Below are positions 10,616-22,150 of a stretch of 64,000 nucleotides of DNA, one piece after another. The position numbers and the translations under genes are program-made. This DNA is from Neoechinorhynchus agilis (Eukaryota > Animalia > Acanthocephala): assembly GCA_051530055.1 (NCBI GenBank), contig CM121342.1, positions 3,158,512 through 3,222,511 of the forward strand. Direction: 5' to 3'. Position 1 is the stretch's first letter. Every line of letters begins with the position of its first letter. Under the pieces are notes generated by a model. It worked only from the letters and a program-made list of their open reading frames with translations, had not been told where the DNA came from and ran no database searches.

Positions 10616-12922
10616 TTGGGTATTACTTCGAATACTTCCATTGAGCTGCCGTCAATTTAAGTGCCTCGGCTAATTAATCGTTCTGCATCCTCAATGTAGG
10701 ATAAAGTTCCTATAAAATCAACATCTTCTTGTATACATTTTTTCGGAAAGCAAATGTCAGTTGATACAAATTAATTAATATTCTTTTTAAGATTTAATGC
10801 GTCGCTATCTGAGACTTTGACCCATCCCAATAAATCAGATGATTGTAAGCGATACCTACACAAATTACTAAATCTCGGGAATATTTATTGCGCTGCGTCC
10901 ATAGTTCTTAGTGTCTCTAAATTATTGTTGCTGTTTTGGACAATTTTAGAAGTTCCGCTACAACAACAGGTTTTAAACTTCTACTTTTTCAGTTTCTAGA
11001 AATGCAGAAATCAAAGGGGTCAGTGTCCTTTCACTCATTGCTTCGGTGCGTTGCCGTGGAACGAACGAAAACTCCTCTGGAGGGTGGAACCTCTACCTTT
11101 CTCGCGACGTTTTCACATTGATGGAAAACTGGTCGTTGAGATATTTTTGACGATCAATAAGTTGTCAGATATTCAGTATTTCACCAGTGTGTCGTCAACT
11201 TTCACAGTCTCGTTAAACGCTCTTGAATTTCCCTTCACAAAAGTGAGCGTCAACGAGGCAATCAGCGCTTTACTCGCTTCTTATTTTCTCCGTGAATTTT
11301 TTATCGAATTCAGGTTGCATTTTTTCATGATTCATTAGAACATCCGGCGAACTGTTTTTTATTAAAAAAACAATATTTGGAAAAATCATCTATTCTTTCC
11401 TTCAGATATGCCAACATTGGGTTTTCAGTAATGTATTTCATAAAATCTTCGCAACTCGCGGATGTTATTTTGAAGTTTTCTTTAAACCCAGACGACGATT
11501 TTTTTTGAGAAAAATCCAAAGGTTTTAATTTAATCTAAACAATTTTTGAGAAGCACAAAATATTTTTGTCAATTATTCCCTTTATATCTTTGATCTCTGT
11601 CTTTATTGACTTCTCGAAGAACATTCATCATTTGATTGAATGGTTTGCTCATCCAGAAAGAAAATCTTCATTTCGTAATTCTAAAGTTTCCTCGGCATTT
11701 TAGAATCTGATTGAATATGACGCTGCTTTGGATTCCGTTTCGGATTTTTCTATTTGAGTCTCATTGAGAGAATTTCGCCATTAACCTCTCTGCATTTTCA
11801 ATTGATGATTGTGTTTTCTCGCTCAACGCTCAATGGATATCAAATTTTAGGGATCCTTCTTTCCACGATTTAACAATTTATTCTCTTCGTTGTATCCATT
11901 TAGTCGGTTATGATATCGAATTGGGAATTATGATTGATAAAATAAGGGAACTGAACTAACATCTATGCTTAATCTTTTAACGCCTGTGCGATTTCTCTTA
12001 CTTTTCCTCGAGAACGATTTCTTTTTGCAAAAAAATAATCAAAATTCTTGATTGACCAGCCGAATTCTTAGTAAATGCAGATTTGTTTTGCAAAGAAAGT
12101 AGAATCGTGCACGCTTAATTATTTCTTTGACGTTCACTTGTTTTGCCATCATTAAAATGAAATCTTTAAGAACGTCCTTTAGTCTTCTCCTTTGTCGCAG
12201 CTTCTGGGTTTTATCTCATAGAAAATAATTTGTCCTTTAGATTTGTGCAATTTATTTGGGCATTTATTTTTACGAATTAACCTATTCCAAATTTTTCTCA
12301 CTTCCTTACCACCATTTTTCCCTTTATTAAATTGATTCCATCTAATTTCAGCAATAGAGATTGTTTGAATTCACTACAATTGCTCTTCAATGAAACTCTG
12401 AAGATACGAGCGACGATCGATGCATCTGAAGCTGCGACAAATAGATTTGATTTATTGGGTTGGAGCGATTGATATGAAATGCACTAATAAAGAGCTCTCA
12501 ATCCATGGATAAGACTCCCTCTACGTATAATAAAACAAACATAAACTATTTTAAACCTTGTTAAAATGTCAATATAATTTCTTTTCTTAACCTATTTAAA
12601 ATTGCCCTGAAGCCTCATGAATGTTATTTTCATTTTAAGAAAATGTTTCCTGGTATTGCATAGATTTTGGCATGAAACTCGATGTTGATCAGTAAGTTAA
12701 AGAAGCCGCTTTCCTTAAGACGATTATGAGAGTGATTTTCAAGAGACCATCGCGTGGCGGTATTGGGAAATATGGTGAAGCGTTGAACGACATCTTTCTA
12801 TACAGAACGGTGATATCGTTTAAGTATTCACTGTTCCATTGGATTTACATTGTGAGATTATCGGAAACTCACACTGAATCTCGGTGGCCATTTGCCATCA
12901 CAGTCTCGGTAACCGTTAAGTG

Positions 12923-13420
12923 CTACAGGTTGTTGATTTGTGAATTGTTCGGTTGAGCCACTTCAGCGACATTGCCATTCAAATGAGGATGATGAATACT
13001 CAATCTCTGGACAATTTGCCGTGGTCCTTTTGGTCGCCACATTCGACTACCCACCCCGTTAATATTTATCTTCCAAAACGATTTTCTTGGTCTCCCTCGA
13101 ATTGGAAATTTCTTGAATCTACGACAATAGGCAAGCGTGTTCCCGGCCGATCCTTTCCAAGACCTGCTATCGGCTATTTGTGGAAAATATGGAATATTAT
13201 CCCCAATCCATAGGTAGATTTCATTGACCCGCAATCTTCCTGTTAAACTGTTCTCGATCGCTGCTGCTATTAATTCAATGTTGGTGCGGTTGACTAATGG
13301 GCAGGGTTATTCATTTGATCGTAGATCGGAGAATATCGAAAGTAAGTTCACATTGAACAGATCGGAATCGCTCAACTTATTTTTATTTATTTGTTTAAAA
13401 AAGCCTTATATCTTCCACAT
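12923..13420 (-). pseudogene. Divergent forkhead (FOX) domain gene, left copy; in-frame TAA upstream of helix 1 and SAGN in recognition helix
   Basis: IELIAAAIENSLTGRLRVNEIYLWIGDNIPYF..SWKGSAGNTL...FKKFP...KSFWKIN matches forkhead H1-H2-H3-W1 pattern. Subfamily not assignable. Confidence 0.75.
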
Positions 13421-13689
13421 CTGGTTATAAGGAGAGATTAGTCAATTAACAGTTTGTCGATAAAGTTCCGTCGTGAATCCGTCCCTTTACGCCCGAATCC
13501 CTAGTTTTAGGGATGACTCTTTAAACCCCTCGGGACACTTGCATAGATAGGGATCAGGATCTTGCCTTCAAGTTCACCGTATTGAATTAATTTCGGCCTT
13601 ACGAAATTCTTTTCCGGGTCTTTGTACATTAATTGATTGTATATTGTAAAAAACTTGCGTCTGCTAGCTGAATAGATTGAGGTGATTGT

Positions 13690-14720
13690 GCCTTAGAATG
13701 ATCTTTATCGTATAATGGATCGTAAAAAAATTTAGATTTAGTTACTTACCTTTTTTGGAGTTTGAGGAGAAGAATAAAAAATTTCTAAGAATAATCTTGA
13801 TAAAAATGATAATAGGGGCTCCTGGAACAAAGTGTAATTACATAAAGGTTTTTGTAGTTTCTTAAAACATCTAAAAAATAATGGTATTCTAAGCTCCGGA
13901 GGACGGCCTTCACCAACCAACAAAAACATAATGAGCCTCCTAATAATGTTTTTACAACCGGTAAGAGAATATTAAAACTCAAGCCCAGGCAGGAAGCTCT
14001 TCTTTTTAAGAACACATTTACTTTTAACAAAGGTATTATTAAAAGAGGAATTGATTAAGAACCCGTGCATTTTGGATGGAAAATCTAACCCTAAAATTCG
14101 TGTTGATTTTTAGTATTCGAGTGATTATAGGCAGAGCTATTATTTAAATTATTTATTAAAAAAGTTTCCTGGAAAGAGGGAGAATTAGTAAGAGGAATAA
14201 AAAATATTTTACCAGGGTTAATGGCCAAGTTGGCTAACTTTTAAATTGACACTAAGAGCGTTTAATGCTATATGGATTTTGGATAAAAGAGGTGGAGCAA
14301 AACCTTGCCTGCAAAATACGAAAATATCGTCTGCATAAACCAGATGATAAATTCCCCTAAAGTAGTTTGATTTTCTTGGAAGTAGAGAGAGAAATAAGAA
14401 AAGGGTAGGGGATAGCGGAGATCCTTGAGGGACGCCAAATCTGGAGAAAAATTTAGTTTTCCCAGGATCCACTTTCTCATAGTAAAAAGATTTAGATTTT
14501 ATTAAATAATATAATCTTATAAATAATATTTAACGGCGCCTTTAACTCATCAAGGGCCTTGTATAGAAAAAGATCTGGCTAAAACATCGAATGCTTTGTT
14601 TAGGCCAAGTTGAATTAGTACTTTGTGCTGAAATTTTTATCTTATTAAGGGAGTTTAAAGCATCTATGAGGGTGTTAACTTTTTTATATGAAATTTTTTT
14701 AGCAAGCATACATAATTTAT
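13690..14720 (-). mobile_element. I/Jockey-group-like non-LTR RT, 3' half, frameshifted
   Basis: QLGLNKAFD, FGVPQGSPLSPTLF, VYADDIFVF; reverse complement of 36335-37310. Clade assignment tentative. Confidence 0.8.
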
Positions 14721-15685
14721 AGTTTCATCAACGCTCCCATTCATCGGCGCTGGCCAAAACGCTGGCCGCATTGCCCCCGCTGCACCGCAATGCTTATTTC
14801 TTGCGCCAAGAACGACGTCGATCTTGGCTCTCCAGTCGCCGCGTTGATTCGTTTCCCCAAGTCCTTCACGAGGAGGGCTAGTGCCGACCACTCCCAAGGT
14901 ACGTTTCCACACCGAAGGGGACAAAATGGTAATTTTGGATTAGCTCCCTGTATTTTGAACATTTCCGGATCCTCTGCCATCGTCGCCTCCTCTGGACCTT
15001 TTTTTTTTTTTTTTTTTTTTTTTTTCGGGGGGGGGGGGGGATGTTGGAGTTTGCCAACAAATTTGACATTCAATTATATGTCCCAGCTGCTTACGAATTA
15101 CCCCGTCGAGCTCTCCTAACAATTTGTCTTCTCCGAAACATGGAGCTGCTCTTAGCTTATGAAGCAATTTCGGCATATAGAGGCAATTCTTGATCAAGAA
15201 GAGACCCTCATGTGCCGAAAGCTCAGAAGTTCGGCCGTAGAGCAACTCCATTTTTCGGGACATGCGCGCAGGTCCTTCGCAACATTCTCAGCAAGAACGC
15301 AGCTCCCGGTGTGAGCTGGTCAAGGGTGATCAAACCCGGACCAGGAGCAACTGATTCAAAATCGCTAGAGATTTGAGCACGCTCGTTTTCAGTTGCGTTC
15401 AGGATAAGAAGTTCGCACGGTCAGCTTCATTCAGATCCTTTGAAGGTCGCTCAAAACAACACTTGAATCGCCACCGAGTGTGGCATCGTCCAAGGACCAA
15501 GCGTTGAAAGGAGAAAACATTGAATGGGCAAGATCATTTACTGCGACGGAGAAGCTCCCTGTTGTACACCACTCTGCGACCAAATTATTTGTCGTTGTAC
15601 AGCAGTAGCGTATGGTTAGCATATGCTCTCCAGAAATAGGGGTAAGCCTCTGGGACGACATCCTCAATTGCTTTTAACATTATTT
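14720..15685 (-). mobile_element. CRE-clade element family B, 5'-truncated, with 698-bp internal deletion
   Basis: WSLDDATLGGD, HEGLFLIKNCLYMPKL, FVPFGVET, AVQRG; reverse complement of 34675-36330 lacking 35323-36020. Confidence 0.85.
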
Positions 15686-15689
15686 CCCT

Positions 15690-16540
15690 TTTAAGGTATT
15701 GAAAGCATTTTTTAACCCCTTTTACCTTTATAAAACTGTGGAAGTAAACGGGGATAAGTTTCCTCACTCCGAGTTCCTATAAAAGTTTTATTCACTACTC
15801 TTTCCAAACAGAAATTATAGAGTTTTGGATAGAAATAACCTGATCTGTGACGGATTGTTTATGGGTCCCTTCGTTTTGGGTAAGAAAACCTTTTTCACGA
15901 CATTTATATTTAACAAATCTTTAAAATCCAGTTTCTTTAACTTGAGGTTTGAAAGAATAAAAATTTGATCTCATCACTAATAGCAGAGCCGTGAGATCCA
16001 CAGGACTCTAGCAGAGTGTCGACACTCAGGTTCCAGGTAAAAGATTTTTATTAAAAATGGAAAGAGGAGGAGCTGAATAGGCCAGTACGTATGCGTATAT
16101 AAAATTTCCTCTATCACCGAAGATTCCTGCCATATCATAATATGGCAGGAATCCAATTAACAGCTTTTGCTCTCCAACAAATTGGTTTCTTGTGTAAAAC
16201 GGCATGCCAGAAACCTTTCCCAAAGCATTTCATATTTACAAGATATTTTTTGTCTTGGGAAATTTGAAGAAACCATTTCTCGGTGTAAAACTTCTTCATG
16301 AAAGAGGAATGCATACTTTTATTGTTTAAAATATCAGCAATAATTTCTTTTTGTAAAACATATTAGCCGTTTTACATAGCGAACGTCGCTTTATGTAAGA
16401 TTGAGTGGTGAGATGGGCTTTTACCGATTTTAATATGATTTCATTAAAAAGAGAAATCAATCTCTCCTTGGACAGCAGAGATTTTAAATCAGCATTAAAA
16501 TTACTCAAAGATTTTCATTTAAAACTATATAGTCCCTAAG
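15690..16540 (-). mobile_element. I/Jockey-group-like ORF2 linker plus start of RT, degenerate
   Basis: VFLPKTKGP..PSQIRVIS.QNS, YFHSFIK; reverse complement of 33790-34670. Confidence 0.7.
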
Positions 16541-16669
16541 TGAGGGGCCATCAGATTGAAATACAATACAATCGTGTCCCAACAAATGCTGCGTTTGAAT
16601 TTGAAGAGTTTTTTATTTACTTTTTTTTCAAAGATAAATATTTTTAACAATTCAAACAATCTGTTCAAA

Positions 16670-17205
16670 CACACTCACCACCTCCCGCCGAATTCCAGCT
16701 TTTGTCCTTCCTCGACCGTCGCCATCACGCTGGCAGCATTGCCCCGTTGTACTGCCAGCGAGATATTTTGTCGAAGGAATACGCCTGCTCTTGAGTCTCC
16801 GGTTGCCTCTCTCAATTTCTTCGAGACATCCTGGAGCAGAGAGAGTGCCGAGCTGCCGAGCGCTCCATACGTCTCTACTCCGAAGGGGACAAAATAGTGA
16901 GCCCTTGCTAATTCCCTATATTTTCATGCCTTCGTCCATTCCGCTACACTGGCTGCACCTCAGCGATTTCGAGAGAGTAGGGAATGTTGCTTACTGCGAG
17001 GGACGTGGCGTCCCGAGGCGTGCCCTCCAGCCACGGGAAGACCGAAATTCCATCCGGCCTACGGCCGTCTTGTTGACAAAGGTGGGAGGGTTCCAGGATG
17101 CTCGGGAAGTTCGCCGTTCTCAACGCCCGAGAAATTGCGCTGTTGATCTCAGAATGGCGTGAGAACCTTCCTCCCGACTTTACGCAAACGAGAGCTTGTC
17201 GCCGG
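16670..17205 (-). mobile_element. CRE-clade family C, RLE domain and 3' end
   Basis: GRFSRHSEIN, LEPSHL...DGRRPDGISVFPW, DAT, FVPFGVET; reverse complement of 33135-33680. Confidence 0.85.
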
Positions 17206-19125
17206 AAAGCATCAACCAAATCCATGAGGATCCTTTCCCAAATTTGTTCAGGAATATTCTACTGGTATAAGGGAGCTTCAGGTACCTTCGGTCGTTTGGT
17301 CTGGCGGTCTAAAAGATACCCCAACCTTATGCTCGATGTCGTCGTGTATTGATGCCATCAACAATAAAAACGCGAAAGATCGCTTATGGCCGCTATTCCG
17401 GATATCCAGAGTGTAACACATGAACACTGTACTTCTGAGGCTTTGAAGAATCACGAGACGCTGTAGCCACAACAGAAGACTCCGTCCTCGACCGAAAGCT
17501 CTTTTCGTCGTGAAGAATATGTGCTGAGTTCATTTTGGAATCGCTGATGGCCAGCCACTCGAAAGATATGGCTTAACAGTTCATAATTCCGTCGCTTTTC
17601 GAATTTCGTCGAACGTGAATCCCATATTCGTCATGGTACGCTCTTGGATCAAGTGAACTTCGATTTCGCCGTTCGTCGTGGTGTCAATCTAGAAAGGGTG
17701 TCGGCCAGTTGATTCTCTTCTCCTATAGTAAACTCTATGCATGCGTCGTATTGTGATAGTTCTATTCCCCATCGGATCAATCTTTGATTTGTCATCTTTG
17801 ACAAGTTCGATTTGTTCGAAGACGTACTTCAGTGGTTTATGGTCGCTGTACGGGACGAACTTGCGACCTGCCAGATACTGATGGAATCTCCGAACCGCAA
17901 AGATTATCGCCAAACCTTCCTTTCTATTTGAGATAAATTGATTTCTGGCCCCTTTAGTGGTACGATGCATACCTTACTGGAAATGGTCTGCCATCATCTT
18001 GTATCTGCATAAGAACAGCTCCAAGGCCTTTTCCACTTGTGTCACATCACAATCGAGTTTCCCTTTTTAGATCGAAAGTCTTAAGAACTTGAGCATTCAT
18101 CAGTAATTCCTCACTTCTTCAGAAGCTTCCTCCTGCTTCGTGTCCCACTCCCATTTTTTCCTTGTTTGTTAATCCTTGCAATTCTCGGCATTTAAATTGC
18201 AATCCTGGAATGAACATTTGCAAAAAATTGTCGTTTCCAAAAATGTCCTGAGCTTTCCTTTATTACGTGATCGGGGAAGTACTAAAATAGCTTTTATTTT
18301 TGTTACACTTGGTCGTACATGATCTCAGTGTAGTTCGTGGCCCAGATATTCAATTCCCTCCTGTAGAAAGACACATTTGTCTCGATTCAACTTTAATCCC
18401 ACTTCCTGTAATCTGTGCAGTACACTCAGATAAATTCGAGAGGTTGTCTCTGTGTTTTTCCAGTGGTCAGTACGTCGTCTAAGTATAGTGCAACTATTGG
18501 AATTCCCTGCAGCAGATCGTCCATATATTGTTGAAGGATGGCCGGTGCCAAGCTGGTACCGAAAGGCAATCGCTTAAATTCTAAGAATCTTCGCGGTGTG
18601 GATATCGTTAAATATGGCATTGATTCGGGACTTATGGGCAGTTGCAGATATACCTCATTTATGTCGAGCCCGGAATAGACCTCGCCACTCGCTATTTTAC
18701 TCATTATTTTTTCCAATGTTGGTAGCGAATAACTGTTAACTCAGAGATACTGATTGATAGTGACCCTAAAATCGACGCAAGTTCTAATATTTCCGTTGGC
18801 TTTGATAACCACAACGATCGGCGTATCCCATTCAATCGGTCCGTTTAGAGCGTCTACCTTCTCAAGTACGTCTGCCTCAACTTGCCATGGTAGCTCGTGG
18901 TCTACCTTTCGTTTCAACGCCAGGGAAATCTTCCTACTATCCCAACACATGAGAATCCCATTTTTACTAACGATGGCGGATTTCCACTTTGCGTACCGGA
19001 GCCATCGATTTTGCAAATTCGATTGATTTTTCCGCAGTAATTCTTGGAAAACTGCGATACCATCACTGATTACTTCTCGGAACTTCGCACGCTATAGCAC
19101 ACATTTTTCGGCCCAGGGCATTCTG
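17205..19125 (-). mobile_element. Ty3/Gypsy pol fragment (RT, RNase H, integrase zinc finger), degenerate
   Basis: EWDTPIVVV.KANGNIRTCVDFR, FKRLPFG, YLDDVL, AIIFAVRRFHQYLAGRKF..YSDHKPL. Confidence 0.9.
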
Positions 19126-21240
19126 AATGCTTTTGTCCATGGGAATGGAGAGCATTGGCGGAAAAGGGCAGAAGAAAGTGGGGAAAGCGTATGTAAGGAT
19201 AGGGAAGATGGCAGAAAAAGATAAAAGTGGGCAAGATGTTTAGGGGATACGCCGAGACGCCGGAGGAGTGTTTGAGGGAGGTAAAGACGAGGGTTTGTTT
19301 TTAGAGAGGGTCAATGAAATGTGGGCATCCCATTTAAGGTTTTCTTGTAAAGTCAGGCCCAGTATTCGGAGAGAAGAGGAACGTTGGATGGGGAGAGGCG
19401 CGGGGATAAGATTGCGTTTGGAAATGTGGGGGACAAGCTCAAAAGATTTGGATAAATTTAGGGAGAGGTTTAGGGTGGAGAGCGAGGAAATGAGATGGTT
19501 GATCTCGTCCATGGTTGTGGAGAGGGAGAGAGATGCGATGGTAATGACTGTGAGGTCATTTGCATAGAGAAAATGTTGGTAGGGGAGTGAGGGGATGAAG
19601 GTAGGAGAGTGAGGTTGCCAGGTTGGGAGGCCAAAGGAAGCACATCATTGGAGGAGGAGGACAGTCACTTACCATCGCATCTCTCTCCCTCTCCACAGCC
19701 ATGGACGAGATCAACCATCTCATTTCCTCGCTCTCCACCCCATGCATAGGAGGGCGTCAGAACAAAGGTAATTGGGACGGAAAGCGAATTGGGAAGGGGA
19801 GATGGTGTTGGAGCAGAATGGAAGTAGGCGGGTTTTAAAACATTTTCTAAGATTTTAGAGAAAGGTGAGAGAGGATAGGGATGGGACGAAGGAGGTGGGG
19901 GAAATCGGCTTATCGTTTTTGGGTAGGGGGACTACCCGGGCTTCCTTAAGACACGACGGGAAAGAGCCCAGTAGAAAGCTAAGGTTCGTTATGTGAGTTA
20001 GAGGATCGATAAGTTCTGGGATGATGAAACGAATGTCCCAATTTGGGATAGTCAGATTAGGGGAAGAATGGCGGAGCAGGCGTTTAAGGATCTCTAGGAT
20101 TTCGAGAGGGGAAACTAAGGAAGGGCATGTATGAATGGGCGGGTCAGATCCCGGAACTTATCGATAATCTAACGCACATAACGAACCTTGGCTTTCTACT
20201 GGGAGAGATGCTAAGGGGGTAGATCTACCAAGAGCGGTGCAATTTCGATTGGGAACGGACGAGAGACGAGATGAGAAAAATAATTTGGAGTGGAGGGAGG
20301 GGTAAGAGGGATTACCTGACCGGAAAGCTTTGGTGACCTGGATTTGAAGGGTTTTAGAAAAGGCGGCGAAACCATGGAGGGTCGCGGTTCGAGATTCGTA
20401 TTGTTTTGCGAGGAAAGGAGGCCTTCATCGCAGATTCTATTAGATTTAACAAAGATCCCATTGCAATCGAGTCGCCAACGATGGTAGAGCGGTTTTGCGT
20501 GATAAGAGAATTGGCGCATGCAGCAAAGGATTGTGTATGATGATCACGTTTATCCCAGAAAACGTAGAGGTCGGAAAAGAAACGTTTTTGAGGTGATGAG
20601 GAGGAGAGAAGGATGGGACAATGGTCAGACGAGGCGATCGGGGGGAGGTTTGGTAGTGCACGAGTATTGCCTGATATTTGAGAAAATTTTATCTAGGCGG
20701 GAGGAGAAGCGTGTGGGGAAAGTAACGAGTTGGGAAAGATGAGAGAGCGAGGGCGGGATCGGCAGTTTGTTTAAAATCGCCCGGCCATTGCGGAGAAGGA
20801 GATGAAGTTGGATGTGAAGCCATTCAAGATCGTCGGAGATGAAAAGGAAGGGTGAAAAGCAATGGTAAGGGAGTGAGGCGCGGATGAAGATCGATATGCC
20901 TCCCCCGTTTCGGAAGTCCCCTTGTGAGGTGAAAAGCTTGAAAGTTTGGTAGGAAAGCAGATAATTTGCTACGGGGTGAGAGCCATGTTTCTGTAATTAC
21001 AAGGATGTCGGCATTGCAAGAAGATGCAGCTATATGGAGCTCATACAGTTTGGGGAGGATCCTGCGGATGTTAGAATAAAACATTATTGGAATGTTTAGA
21101 AAGGGAGATGAGGGGTGGACACTGAGGGAGAGGGTTGAAGCCGCGCGGAGAGAAGGGATGGGAGTTGACCGATGGGGTAGTTCAGATAATGGATTCGTGG
21201 GTGGACACTGCAGTAAGGGGTGATTTGAGTGTAGGGAAAA
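19125..21240 (-). mobile_element. CR1-group non-LTR element family 2 (APE plus RT), rearranged and frameshifted
   Basis: FYSNIRRILPKLYEL..ADILVITETWL, GDFN, SDHCP, YANDLTV, ILGLTLQENLKWDAHI. Confidence 0.85.
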
Positions 21241-21342
21241 AATAAGTTGAGCGATTCGGATCTGTTCAATGTAGAACTCACTTTCGATATTCTCCCGTCT
21301 TTCGGTCAAATGAATAACCCTGCCCATTAGGTCAACCGCACC
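21241..21342 (+). pseudogene. Fragment of forkhead gene 5' region, inverted relative to the 12923-13420 copy
   Basis: aataagttgagcgattcggatctgttcaatg...ccctgcccattag.tcaaccgcacc matches 37650-37750; followed by a 66-bp piece (21343-21408) matching 37174-37235. Confidence 0.85.
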
Positions 21343-21409
21343 TAAGAAACTACAAAAACTTTTATGTAATTACACTTTGTTCCAGGAGCCCCTATTATCA
21401 TTTTTATTG

Positions 21410-22150
21410 GAGAGGAAATCTTAAATGGATTCGAATTCACAAGAATATCAAGATGCCCAACGTCAAGTCGCGAAAAGGAATTTAATTCTTTTCTTTTAAA
21501 CCTCAAGAAACAAGGCAAGCTTCCGAATGTGGATTATAAGATCCTTCGATCAACAGATGCAAAAACGCCCCAAATGTACCTGCTTGCGAAAGTACATAAG
21601 GAGCCAGTCAAGTTCAGACCAATAATTGCAGCACACACCACATTCTGCACGAAAATCTCAAGGAGAATAGCTGATATGCTGAGGAGCGCAATGGGATCTT
21701 CGGAGAGAGTGGTGTCTTCGGGTGCCGACTTCGTCTCAAGATTGGAAACATTTTGGAATTCCCAGTATAGGATGATGTCGGCAGATGTGATCTCCCTCTT
21801 CACCAAAATTCCTGTGGATGTGGCAATAGACCTCGCAGTTCCACTCCTGTCCACTAATGCTGAATGGAAGTTAACTATAAGCGACTGGCGAAAGCTATTG
21901 CAGTTTTGTACCAGATTCTGCAACTTCCAGTTCAACGGTATCGACTATGATCAGAAAGATGGAGTGGCGATGGGCAGCCCGTTAGCCCCTGTGCTTGCTG
22001 AGCTATATATGCGGCACTGGGAGAGCGAACATTTGTCGTCGATACAGGGGGTGAAGATCTGGTTCAGATATGTGGATGACACGTTCTTGTTGATCGACCC
22101 GTCGGAGACGAATATGGACCGCCTTCAACACGAACTGAATGGGATGGACC
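21410..22150 (+). mobile_element. Penelope-like element reverse transcriptase, 3'-truncated
   Basis: TPQMYLLAKVHKEPVKFRPII, MSADVISLFTKIP, YDQKDGVAMGSPLAPVLAELYM, WFRYVDDTF: diagnostic PLE RT motifs in a 214-aa ORF. Confidence 0.92.

Larger units (their letters stand above)
6879..21342. repeat. Left arm of large inverted segmental duplication
   Basis: 6879-10770 is the reverse complement of 25007-27837; ~9450-21342 is the reverse complement of ~28830-41000 (sequence identity seen at many anchor points). Confidence 0.92.
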
